Origin: a virus
Taxonomy: Duplodnaviria; Caudoviricetes
Direction: 5' to 3' (one strand)
Length of the DNA stretch: 56,168 nucleotides
Virus record (IMG/VR): IMGVR_UViG_3300032295_002548
Location: 1-56,168 of that record
Both the position numbers and the translations under genes were made by a program. Below the pieces are notes generated by a model. It saw only the letters and a list, made by a program, of their open reading frames with translations. It was not told the origin of the DNA and ran no database searches. This document shows, piece after piece, positions 17,830 to 25,368 of this stretch. Within the stretch, counting starts at the first letter, position 1. Each line of letters opens with the position of its first letter.

Positions 17830-18120
17830 ATGAACAAGGGCGTACGTGACTACATCCTGAAGAACGCGGGCGTGGAGGGCTACAACCGCCCGAAGCGCAC
17901 GCCGGGGCACCCGAAAAAGTCCCACATCGTCGTGGCCAAGGAAGGCTCGCAGGTGAAGACCCTCCGCTTCGGCCAGCAGGGCGTGTCCGGGTCGCCCAAA
18001 AAGTCGGGCGAAAGCGCCTCCTACGCCGCCCGGCGCAAGTCGTTCAAGGCGCGTCACGCGAAGAACATCGCCAAGGGCAAGATGTCGGCCGCCTACTGGG
18101 CCGACAAGGTAAAATGGTGA
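17830..18120 (+). CDS. Basic protein of unknown function (96 aa), nucleic-acid-binding candidate
   Basis: VK..RFGQ.G...RRKSFKARH...SAAYWA..V.W motif, widespread in aquatic viruses. Confidence 0.75.
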   Translation: MNKGVRDYILKNAGVEGYNRPKRTPGHPKKSHIVVAKEGSQVKTLRFGQQGVSGSPKKSGESASYAARRKSFKARHAKNIAKGKMSAAYWADKVKW

Positions 18121-18128
18121 GGTGATGC

Positions 18129-18320
18129 TTGTTTCCTGAAAGCCCTGTCAGCCGGAAGATCGACGAACTGGTTCGCCAGTTCCGGCCCATGAAGGAGATC
18201 TGCGCCACCCTGCGCGTGCAGCGGGCGCAGGTGGCTGCCCGCATCGCCCGAGGCGGCTACGTCCGGCACTACATCACGGCGGACGAGCTGCGCCTGCTCA
18301 AGGAGCGGCGGAAACTTTGA
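18129..18320 (+). CDS. Small HTH-like protein (paralog of 19444..19656)
   Basis: MKEICATLRVQRAQVAARI helix-turn-helix pattern; ungapped alignment to the paralog. Confidence 0.6.
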   Translation: MFPESPVSRKIDELVRQFRPMKEICATLRVQRAQVAARIARGGYVRHYITADELRLLKERRKL

Positions 18321-18322
18321 CC

Positions 18323-18568
18323 ATGACAACACTGATCAACCGACTGCTGCAGCCGTTCGGCCTGCAGCTTTACACCGTGGACCGCCTGACCGAGTTCGGA
18401 AAGGCTTGGGCTCGCGACCAAGAGACCAAGCAGCTGGCCGAGATGGAAGAGAAGCTCTTCGCCCTGCAGGTGCGCCTCTCCCGGTCGCACTCCAAGCTGC
18501 ACTACTACAAGAAGCGGGCCGGCTGCTCCCGGGTAAACAACTCGCGCCACCCGCAGGAGGCGATCTGA
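18323..18568 (+). CDS. Hypothetical coiled-coil protein
   Basis: Tightly packed plus-strand ORF with phage-like codon use. Confidence 0.55.
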   Translation: MTTLINRLLQPFGLQLYTVDRLTEFGKAWARDQETKQLAEMEEKLFALQVRLSRSHSKLHYYKKRAGCSRVNNSRHPQEAI

Positions 18569-18570
18569 CC

Positions 18571-18933
18571 ATGGGCTACTCGTTCAACCCCATGCCGGAT
18601 CCCCAGACCAACGAGCATGGGGACATGGTATCGCTCCGCGACTACCTCTCCCTGCAAGCCCAAGCCCATAATCTGGCTAGGCTCCTGATGGAGGGCAGGG
18701 ATCTGGTCGAGGAGTACAGCCGGGCGAACGCCGCAGGCATCGCCCGCGAAGAGGCGTTGCGCGCCACGATCGCCGAACTGCAACGCGAGAACCTTGAGCT
18801 GCGGAGTGCAGCAGTTGAGGTATGCGCCCTTGCTCGGGTATGGGTAACGGTATGGGGTGACAAGCTGTCAGCCGGAAGCATCAAGCGGTTAGGGGAGTTG
18901 GAGAAAAAAATCCTGAAGGAAACGCAGCCGTGA
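18571..18933 (+). CDS. Hypothetical coiled-coil protein (120 aa; start corrected)
   Basis: MGYSFNPMPDP...HGDMVSLRDY then heptads; starts 2 nt after the upstream stop. Confidence 0.6.
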   Translation: MGYSFNPMPDPQTNEHGDMVSLRDYLSLQAQAHNLARLLMEGRDLVEEYSRANAAGIAREEALRATIAELQRENLELRSAAVEVCALARVWVTVWGDKLSAGSIKRLGELEKKILKETQP

Positions 18934-19241
18934 GCGCCGACATCGCCCAATCCAAACTCGAAGAGTACCGAACGGACGCCTTGGCATTCCGCTATTTGTG
19001 GAGCATGCTGCGGATGAAGTACTCGGTGGCTTGGTTCCTGTTGACGCCACAAAATCGGCAGCTAGCGGACTTCTTGGAGGATCACCTGCCGGAAGGGTTT
19101 GAGGACATGCGGAAGGATCAGATGGAACGGCACCTCGTTGCCATGATGCAGAGAATCAGTCGGGAATGCGCCCGCAGCATGCGTCGGACGATGAAGAAGA
19201 GACCGGCAACGAAGCGTGCGCGCAAGGGGGAGAAGTCATGA
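18930..19241 (+). CDS. Hypothetical protein
   Basis: GTGA overlap with the previous gene; 103 aa with a basic tail. Confidence 0.55.
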   Translation: MSADIAQSKLEEYRTDALAFRYLWSMLRMKYSVAWFLLTPQNRQLADFLEDHLPEGFEDMRKDQMERHLVAMMQRISRECARSMRRTMKKRPATKRARKGEKS

Positions 19242-19438
19242 GCGAAGACGCCCACCTCACCCCGGACCTGAACAAGGCGCTCGACGCCCTGTTCGTTTCC
19301 ACCGGCAAGACGCCGGAGCTGATCTACGACCCCGACGACAAAGTCCTCGTGGAGATGGTCAACCAAGTGCGCGATAAGTTGGCGGAAGAGGCCAAGCGTA
19401 AGCATGAACTCGTCTGGAAATACCGGAACCATAAATAA
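19238..19438 (+). CDS. Hypothetical protein (66 aa; start corrected)
   Basis: ATGA overlap; MSEDAHLTPDLNKALDALF. Confidence 0.55.
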   Translation: MSEDAHLTPDLNKALDALFVSTGKTPELIYDPDDKVLVEMVNQVRDKLAEEAKRKHELVWKYRNHK

Positions 19439-19443
19439 ACGCC

Positions 19444-19656
19444 GTGAGCTATCCTCGTAACCCCAAGGGTGAAGCAATTTGCCGAATGCTGATGGAGATG
19501 CAGCCCACAAAGGTGATCTGTCAGCAGCTGAAAGTGGACGGCAGCGTGGTCCGGGGCCAGATGAGGCGACTTGGAATGCTGCGCGTCAGCCTGACTGCTG
19601 AGGAGCGCAACAAGATCGCGGGCTGGAGAGGCATTGACCGAAGGTTCGTACCTTGA
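19444..19656 (+). CDS. Small HTH-like protein (paralog of 18129..18320)
   Basis: PTKVICQQLKVDGSVVRGQM helix-turn-helix pattern. Confidence 0.6.
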   Translation: MSYPRNPKGEAICRMLMEMQPTKVICQQLKVDGSVVRGQMRRLGMLRVSLTAEERNKIAGWRGIDRRFVP

Positions 19657-20129
19657 TCCACGCCTACACCACCCACACCGGGCAGCTGGCGATCCGACGG
19701 CGGAACCAGACCGCGGAGTTCTACGCCTTCGTCCACGGGTTCGGCCTGAAGGTCGATCCCAACGACCTCTGTCCGATCGCGATCACCTTCACGCGGCAGG
19801 GCCGCCCGGAGGCGGTGGCCATCGTGCGCAACCGCAACGAGACGCTGGAGGAGTTCAACTACCCGACGCTCATGGTGACCGCGGCCAAGGTCCACCAGCT
19901 GGTGGAGACGGCGCAGGCGCGGAAGACCCGCGGCATCATGATCGCCGGCATGGCCGACGGGGCGATGCTCACGTGGGAGGTCGTGAACCGGGACGGCACC
20001 TACCACCTGCACGACACGCGGAACAGCGAGACCATGGCCGACTGCCTCCGGTCCGGACTGGTCGTCCGGGAAAACATGTACTTCCCCCTCGACGCCGCCA
20101 CGGTCATCCCGGCCACGGTGCTGATCTGA
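19653..20129 (+). CDS. Hypothetical protein, possibly a degenerate PD-(D/E)xK fold
   Basis: 158 aa; PIA.....AVAIVRNR....YPTLMV..AK pattern lacking the acidic catalytic residues. Confidence 0.45.
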   Translation: MIHAYTTHTGQLAIRRRNQTAEFYAFVHGFGLKVDPNDLCPIAITFTRQGRPEAVAIVRNRNETLEEFNYPTLMVTAAKVHQLVETAQARKTRGIMIAGMADGAMLTWEVVNRDGTYHLHDTRNSETMADCLRSGLVVRENMYFPLDAATVIPATVLI

Positions 20130-20135
20130 CCGCGG

Positions 20136-20786
20136 TCAGACCTGATTGACCGTCAGGATCACGCTGGGCGTCTCCGGGCGGGTGGGCGACGTAAGGGCGT
20201 TAACGTGCTGCAGCGATACCGCTAGGTCGCTGGAACTCCACACCAACTGGACGTAGTCGCCTGCGGCCATCTTCTCGAAGATGTTCACGTAGAAGATCAG
20301 GGCGCCCGCAGTGCCGCCGTGGCTCTGCGGCACCGAGATCTGCGAGCAGCTGGCCGGAATGTCGGTGCCGTTCTTGCGGAACCAGAACCACGCGTCGTGG
20401 ATCTGCACGTTGGTCGAGGTGACCTGCACCGACACCGCGATGTTGTACACCCCGGCGTGGGCGACGGTGACGCGGTTGCCCGAGACCACGCTCACCCCAT
20501 TGTTATCGGCGTTGGCGTTGCCGAGGTTGACGACGTAGGCGGTCGTCGTGCTGGCAATCGTCTGGTCGGTCATGTCCCAGAACGCACCCCAGTAGCCGAT
20601 CGACCCGTTGTCCCCGGTAGTGGACACGGTCAGCGTGGACACGTCCTTCGTCTCCAGCTGGGTGAACTTGATCCCCTGACCGGCGACCAGATCCAGCTGG
20701 CTCTGGGTCTTCCAAAGCGACCCGTTCAGGAACAGCTTCAGGCTATCGGCGATCCGCGTCAGCGTCTGGGTGCGCAAGAAGTTCAT
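20136..20786 (-). CDS. Orphan structural-like protein with a C1q/TNF-like beta-sandwich (216 aa)
   Basis: YWGAFWDMTDQT...AGVYNIAVSVQ...WFRKNGTDI...AGDYVQLVW; a lone minus-strand gene in a plus-strand block. Confidence 0.7.
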   Translation of the reverse strand: MNFLRTQTLTRIADSLKLFLNGSLWKTQSQLDLVAGQGIKFTQLETKDVSTLTVSTTGDNGSIGYWGAFWDMTDQTIASTTTAYVVNLGNANADNNGVSVVSGNRVTVAHAGVYNIAVSVQVTSTNVQIHDAWFWFRKNGTDIPASCSQISVPQSHGGTAGALIFYVNIFEKMAAGDYVQLVWSSSDLAVSLQHVNALTSPTRPETPSVILTVNQV

Positions 20787-20870
20787 CGCCGGGGCAGTCT
20801 GGGGGTGGGCTTGACACGTGGTCAACAGGTTATTGGAATCCCCGACGTGCCAACGGGTTTTGGAGCCAAC

Positions 20871-21362
20871 ATGAAGGGCGGACGCCCCAAGGGGAGTTAC
20901 AACAAACCGCGCCCTATCGACGTCGAGGCGGCGATCGAGGCGGCAGCCGACAACGCCCTGACCGGCAAGCCGATCGTGCCCGGCATGCTCAAGGGGCGGA
21001 AGAGATCCATACCATCCAAGGCCGACTGCGAACGGCTGACCCGCTCGCTGGGGGTCTCCATGGAAGAGTTCAACCAGCGGTTGGGCGAGAAGCTGGCCCT
21101 GATCTCCGACAAGATCGCCACCCGGATCGAGGAGAAGCTGGACAACGACGAGTTCAAGGCAGGTGAACTTGGGTTCATCTTCTCGGTGTCCGAGGACAAA
21201 CGCCGCGCACTGGACGTCCGAGCCCAGATGGGGGCGTCGCAGGTCAACATTCAGGTCAACAACTACGGCGACAAGAGCCGGGACGAGATCATTGCCGCCC
21301 TCACCCCTGAGTCCATGCGCCCGGCGGAGAAGGCGGAGATCGACCCGAACGACGTCATATGA
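20871..21362 (+). CDS. Terminase small subunit candidate (163 aa; start corrected)
   Basis: GRPKGSYNK N-terminus, helical core and VNIQVNN C-terminal strand, all typical of TerS. Confidence 0.55.
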   Translation: MKGGRPKGSYNKPRPIDVEAAIEAAADNALTGKPIVPGMLKGRKRSIPSKADCERLTRSLGVSMEEFNQRLGEKLALISDKIATRIEEKLDNDEFKAGELGFIFSVSEDKRRALDVRAQMGASQVNIQVNNYGDKSRDEIIAALTPESMRPAEKAEIDPNDVI

Positions 21363-21823
21363 GCAAGAAAGCCCAGAACAAGCTGATCATCTCCAGAAAA
21401 CATCTTCTCCGGAAGATGCTAGTCAATGGCGAGATCGAGGAAGCGGGGATGCGGGCAGCCGAATGGGGAATCGAGCTTTCAGACGTGCGAATTAACGCTT
21501 TTCACAATGCTCCGGCCGAAGTCATCGACCCGGATAGCCTGAAAACCATGCAGGAAGAGCTGATGCCCGCTACTCCACCCCCGCCTGCCGCATTACCATC
21601 TCCAGAGGTGGTAGTAGAGCTGAAGGAAAAGTGGCCGCCGCTGGTAGATCTGGTGATTACCGCCCACCCCATCAATGCCCGGTTGGTGACTGCCAAGCTG
21701 CCAGATCAAAGAAAGGCGTTAATGTGGCGTAGAGGCGGGCGTTTCCCCGTTGGCTGCATGGTTCGCGCCCGTTTATGCGATCAAGTAGGCCCGGAAGCCT
21801 ACTACGAGCCGGCCTACGAGTAA
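21359..21823 (+). CDS. Hypothetical protein (154 aa)
   Basis: ATGA overlap; Pro linker followed by a small beta-rich domain. Confidence 0.6.
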   Translation: MSKKAQNKLIISRKHLLRKMLVNGEIEEAGMRAAEWGIELSDVRINAFHNAPAEVIDPDSLKTMQEELMPATPPPPAALPSPEVVVELKEKWPPLVDLVITAHPINARLVTAKLPDQRKALMWRRGGRFPVGCMVRARLCDQVGPEAYYEPAYE

Positions 21824-22139
21824 GGAAGTGTTTGGCTGGTAGGCGGTTAGTGCGGCAGAAGTTGTAAAGTCGCACTGTAAAAAATCACATGGGGGGCTGG
21901 ATTGATAATATGCGCGCCCACCGCCGCTGGTGCGACCCCCTCCCCCCCTCTAAGTCGTTGATGGTGAGGGGGTTACGCACGTGTGATGCCACAATCCCTA
22001 TTATGTTAAGCAGCCTCGCATATGCCTGTGTGTGAAGGACTTACATAAAAACCGCGGTCGTCGCCGCGTCCCTCTGCCAGAGGTGGGGTGGCAGGTGCAA
22101 CCGATCGCCCTGCACCCCTTCATCACCTACCGGCCAGCC

Positions 22140-22253
22140 CTGCCACACTGCCACACTGCCGGGCTCCTTCAACCTCTTATCCTCCGGCCCTTCGCCTTCA
22201 TCGTCTCTTCCCCTACCTCTTGAAACCAGTGTGGTAGTGTGGCAGTGTGGCAG
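22140..22253. repeat. Inverted 8-bp iteron arrays; candidate replication origin
   Basis: CTG(CCACACTG)x2CC at 22140-22160 faces CAGTGTGG-TAGTGTGG-CAGTGTGG-CAG at 22227-22253 across a pyrimidine-rich spacer. Confidence 0.6.
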
Positions 22254-22299
22254 AAAGACGTTTTCCCCCTCTGAAGTGACACTTTTCGTCAAGTTGAGC

Positions 22300-22328
22300 T
22301 TGACCGGAGAACCTGTTTCGGCGATGAT
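22300..22328 (+). promoter_or_regulatory. Sigma70-like early promoter candidate
   Basis: TTGACC-17 nt-GATGAT; a further TTGACA at 22341. Confidence 0.5.
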
Positions 22329-22375
22329 GCTGGCCGTTCTTTGACATACCCACGACAAGCCCACCGGGCAGAACG

Positions 22376-22797
22376 GCGATGCCGGCGAAACGCCTGCCGC
22401 CCGACCCGGTGCCAGCTTGCGGTGGACCCCCGACCAGCCGGTGCCTTGAGGGCGACCGGCACGGATCGGCCGCCGGCGGCGCAGGGATGCGCCCCGGGCA
22501 AGACGGCCGGACGACCGGAGTGAGTAGCTCCGGAAATCACGTAGGGGGAGGACGGCGACGCGGTGCCAGCCTGCAGGGGGGTGCCGCTTCCGTTCCCGAT
22601 AAGGGGTGCCAGCCGCGAGAGCGACCGCGCCCCGTCCTGTGGTTCCTGCGATGCCGACGACACGTCTGCCGCAGGGAGGCCGAGAGAGGCGATGCCGACG
22701 ACACGTCTGCCGCCTGAGCGCCGACCATACCCGCGATGCCGACGACACGTCTGCCGTGGAGCCGACCGCCCTGCGATGCCGACGAAACGTCTGCCGC
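22376..22797 (+). repeat. 25-bp hairpin direct repeat: four clustered copies plus one isolated copy
   Basis: GCGATGCCGACGACACGTCTGCCGC consensus at 22648, 22689, 22733 and 22773; variant at 22376. Confidence 0.92.
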
Positions 22798-23006
22798 AAT
22801 GCGGAGAGGGGACGGGGGGCAGGGTAGCGGATTGGCCCCACGGTCCCCCTCGGAAGCGGGGAGCGGATGGAAGCGGGGAGTGCCCCGCGAGGGTGCAGGG
22901 TCGCCAGACGACGCTGCACCCGCCGCCTTGACCGTTGCGCCCTCGGCACCGAGGGACGCAGAACGACGCACCTTCCCCTGCCGGGCGTGAATGCCACACG
23001 CCCGGA

Positions 23007-23090
23007 GGAGTCAATGCAGCCATCGCCGCACCCTGCGGCGATGCCGGTTCCAAGCCCGGGCCGCCCTGTCGGGCGATGCAGAGGAACTCC
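23007..23090 (+). ncRNA. Twister self-cleaving ribozyme, type P1 with P3 and P5 stems
   Basis: P1 GGAGU/ACUCC; C^AA; P2 UGCA/UGCA; GC; P3 CAUCGCCGCA/UGCGGCGAUG; P4 CCGG-UUCCAAGC-CCGG; P5 CGCCC/GGGCG; GAGGA. Both pseudoknots (GC/GC, UCC/GGA) can form. Confidence 0.88.
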
Positions 23091-23112
23091 AACCCGCCAA
23101 CACGTCCCCACG

Positions 23113-23340
23113 ATGAACGCCACCCTGTCCCGCTCCGCCTCGTACCGCCTCGCCGTCTCCGCCAAGGCCGACCTCTGGCTCCCCGCCAACGGCGGCACCG
23201 AGGAGCCCTTCACGACCCGCAACGGGGTCCGCCTGCTCTACTGCTTCAACCCGCGCCTCGGCCGGCACGCTTACCTCGACCTCTCCTGCGACCACATCCT
23301 CGACGACGACGACGCCTTCCGCGCCCTCGGCCTGATCTAA
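23113..23340 (+). CDS. First early protein, hypothetical (75 aa; start corrected)
   Basis: MNATLSRS...W.PANGGTEEPF..R.G.RLLYCFNP..GRHAYLDL..D.IL; preceded by the leader motif. Confidence 0.75.
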   Translation: MNATLSRSASYRLAVSAKADLWLPANGGTEEPFTTRNGVRLLYCFNPRLGRHAYLDLSCDHILDDDDAFRALGLI

Positions 23341-23391
23341 CCCACCAACCCGTTTTCCCGTTAGTATCCAAACCAACAACACGTCATCCAC

Positions 23392-24438
23392 ATGTCCTCG
23401 TCCACTGCCTCGTACCTCGCCTCCCTCATCGCGGCCAAGCGCCGCGTCCTGTTCGTCGGCCCGCCGGGCTGCGCCAAGACCGCCCGCATCGCGGCGGCTG
23501 CCGCCGCCGCCGGTCACGACCTCGTCGTGATTCGCCTCTCGCTCGCCGAGCGGGTGGACCTCGGCGGCTGCTTGGTCCCCGACGCCGCCGGCGGCGTGAC
23601 CCGCGCCCTGCCGCTGGAGACCCTGCACCGCCTGCGCACCACCACCCGGCCGACCATCCTGCTGCTGGACGACCTCGGCCAAGCGCCCATCGACGTGCAG
23701 GCCAGCGCGATGGCGCTCTTCGACAGCGGCGCGCTGCCGGCTCACGTCCTGATCTGGGGCGCGACCAATCGGCCGGGCGACAAGTCCGGCGTGACCGGCC
23801 TGTGCGAACCGCTCCGGTCCCGGTATCACGTCGCCTTCAGCGTCGCCACGCCGGAGTCCGAGGAGAAGTCCGACGGCTCCACCTTCATCGCGCCGTGGGC
23901 CGACGAGGTCGCCGCGTGGTGCGACTGGGCCAGCGGCGAGGACTTCGCGCCGGAGATCATCGCGTGGCACCGCAGCACGACGGGCCGCACGCTGTACGCT
24001 TGGAAGCCGGTCAGCGACCCCGCGCTGCGGCTGCCCGACTTCCGCTCGTGGGAGACGGTCGGCCGCTTGTGGTCGGCCGGCCTGCGTGACCTGCGCACCG
24101 TCGGCGCGGCGATTGGCAAGCCTGCCGCCGCTGAGTTCCTCGCGTTCGCTGCGCTGGCCGATCAGCTGCCCACGCCGCAACAGGTGTGGCTCGATCCCGA
24201 CGGCGCGACGGTGCCGACCGATCCCGCTGCGCAGTACTTGATCGCGGCGATGCTCGGCCGCGCTGCGGAGCCGAAGTTCGCGACGCAGCTCGTCACCTAC
24301 TTCTCGCGGCTGCCGCGAGTGATGGGCGCTTACTGCGCCCGGGACGCTTACAAGCGGCTCGGCGCGAAGCTCGCCGGCAACGGCGCGTGGCAGCAGTGGT
24401 TCCTCGCGAACCGCCAGCTGTTCGAGACCGGCACCTAA
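23392..24438 (+). CDS. AAA+ ATPase (MoxR/dynein-related type)
   Basis: Walker A GPPGCAKT, Walker B LLLDD, sensor GATNRPGD, Arg finger PLRSR, RSWE motif. Confidence 0.88.
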   Translation: MSSSTASYLASLIAAKRRVLFVGPPGCAKTARIAAAAAAAGHDLVVIRLSLAERVDLGGCLVPDAAGGVTRALPLETLHRLRTTTRPTILLLDDLGQAPIDVQASAMALFDSGALPAHVLIWGATNRPGDKSGVTGLCEPLRSRYHVAFSVATPESEEKSDGSTFIAPWADEVAAWCDWASGEDFAPEIIAWHRSTTGRTLYAWKPVSDPALRLPDFRSWETVGRLWSAGLRDLRTVGAAIGKPAAAEFLAFAALADQLPTPQQVWLDPDGATVPTDPAAQYLIAAMLGRAAEPKFATQLVTYFSRLPRVMGAYCARDAYKRLGAKLAGNGAWQQWFLANRQLFETGT

Positions 24439-24440
24439 CA

Positions 24441-24492
24441 GGCCGAAACGCCCGCAAGGGCTTCGCACCGTCACGCGGTGCCTGATGAGGCC
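24441..24492 (+). ncRNA. Hammerhead ribozyme, type II
   Basis: GGCC-GAAA-C-GCCC(GCAA)GGGC-UUC^-GCACCG(UCACG)CGGUGC-CUGAUGA-GGCC; complete catalytic core with one C.U mismatch at the base of stem III. Confidence 0.85.
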
Positions 24493-24530
24493 AGATTGCC
24501 CCGTATCCAAACCAACAACACGTCCAACAG

Positions 24531-25343
24531 ATGAAGACCAAGACCACCACCACCGCTCCGTCCCTGATCGCCCGCAAGGCGGTCATCGCCTCGTTCACGT
24601 CGTCGCAGTGGCGCACCGTGCGCCGCCACGCCGCCGAGACCAAGGCCGAGAATGCCCGGCACGGCCTCACCGACGAGGCCCGCGTCGATGTCAAAGTGTG
24701 CAACGACCCCGCGCTCGAAGAGGCGGCGCGGATCATCACCGCAGCCCGCGCCGATCATTACCGGCTCACCGTGCCGGCCGCCGACCGCGGGATGAGGCTG
24801 CTCCCCGGCGCTCGCCAGCTGGAGCACGCCGACACCCTGCAGGCGCACGGCGTGAAGTTCCAAGCCGCTGTCGCGCAGTTCCTCGCTCGGTACGAGACGC
24901 TCCGCGCCGACGCTCCGGCCCGGCTCAACGGCCTGTACATCGCGAGCCACTGGCCCGACCTCGACCGCGTGCGCGGTTCGTTCGCGCTCTCGTGCCGCTA
25001 CCTCCCGGTGCCGGCGCTCGGTCAATGGGACGAGTGGATCGCCGAGTCGGCGAGCAACGCGACCGAGGAGATTCGCACGCGGATCGGCGAGGCGCTGCGC
25101 GCCGCTGCCGAAAAGCTGGCCGATCCCAAGGCGATCTTCCGCGACTCCCTCGTGGGCAACCTCGTCGATATCCTCAACCTCGCCGACGATCTCAACATCG
25201 CCGGCGACCCGGCGGTCGCCGACCTCGTCGCGCAAGCCAAGGCGCTCGCCAACGTCGAGCCCGACCAGCTGCGCGAGGACAAGACGCTGCGCGCCAACAC
25301 CGCCGCCCGGGCGGCCGACCTGTGCTCCCTGTTCAGCCTGTAA
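24531..25343 (+). CDS. DUF3150-like helical protein of the AAA+/vWA module
   Basis: 270 aa; HY.LTVP..DRG.RLLP, F..RY, A..RLNGLY....WP, IFRDSLV.N motifs; lies between the ATPase and vWA genes. Confidence 0.65.
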   Translation: MKTKTTTTAPSLIARKAVIASFTSSQWRTVRRHAAETKAENARHGLTDEARVDVKVCNDPALEEAARIITAARADHYRLTVPAADRGMRLLPGARQLEHADTLQAHGVKFQAAVAQFLARYETLRADAPARLNGLYIASHWPDLDRVRGSFALSCRYLPVPALGQWDEWIAESASNATEEIRTRIGEALRAAAEKLADPKAIFRDSLVGNLVDILNLADDLNIAGDPAVADLVAQAKALANVEPDQLREDKTLRANTAARAADLCSLFSL

Positions 25344-25368
25344 TCCAAACCATCAACACGTTTCCCGT

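Noticed and set aside
22405-22615. Sigma54 promoters from TGGCAC on the minus strand
   Set aside because: None of the three copies has the -12 TTGC element at the required spacing.
22648-22797. Mini CRISPR array
   Set aside because: The linkers are only 15-19 nt and resemble each other (shared GCCGA), so they are not unique spacers; no cas operon is present.
22648-22797. TIGR-like guide array
   Set aside because: Unit length is irregular (40-44 nt), no box C/D-like motifs are evident, and no Nop-domain protein was recognised.
22032-23222. ORFs called across the control region (393, 267, 144, 122, 112 aa and others)
   Set aside because: R/P/G-rich shadow translations; the repeats recur out of frame and the region holds RNA structures.
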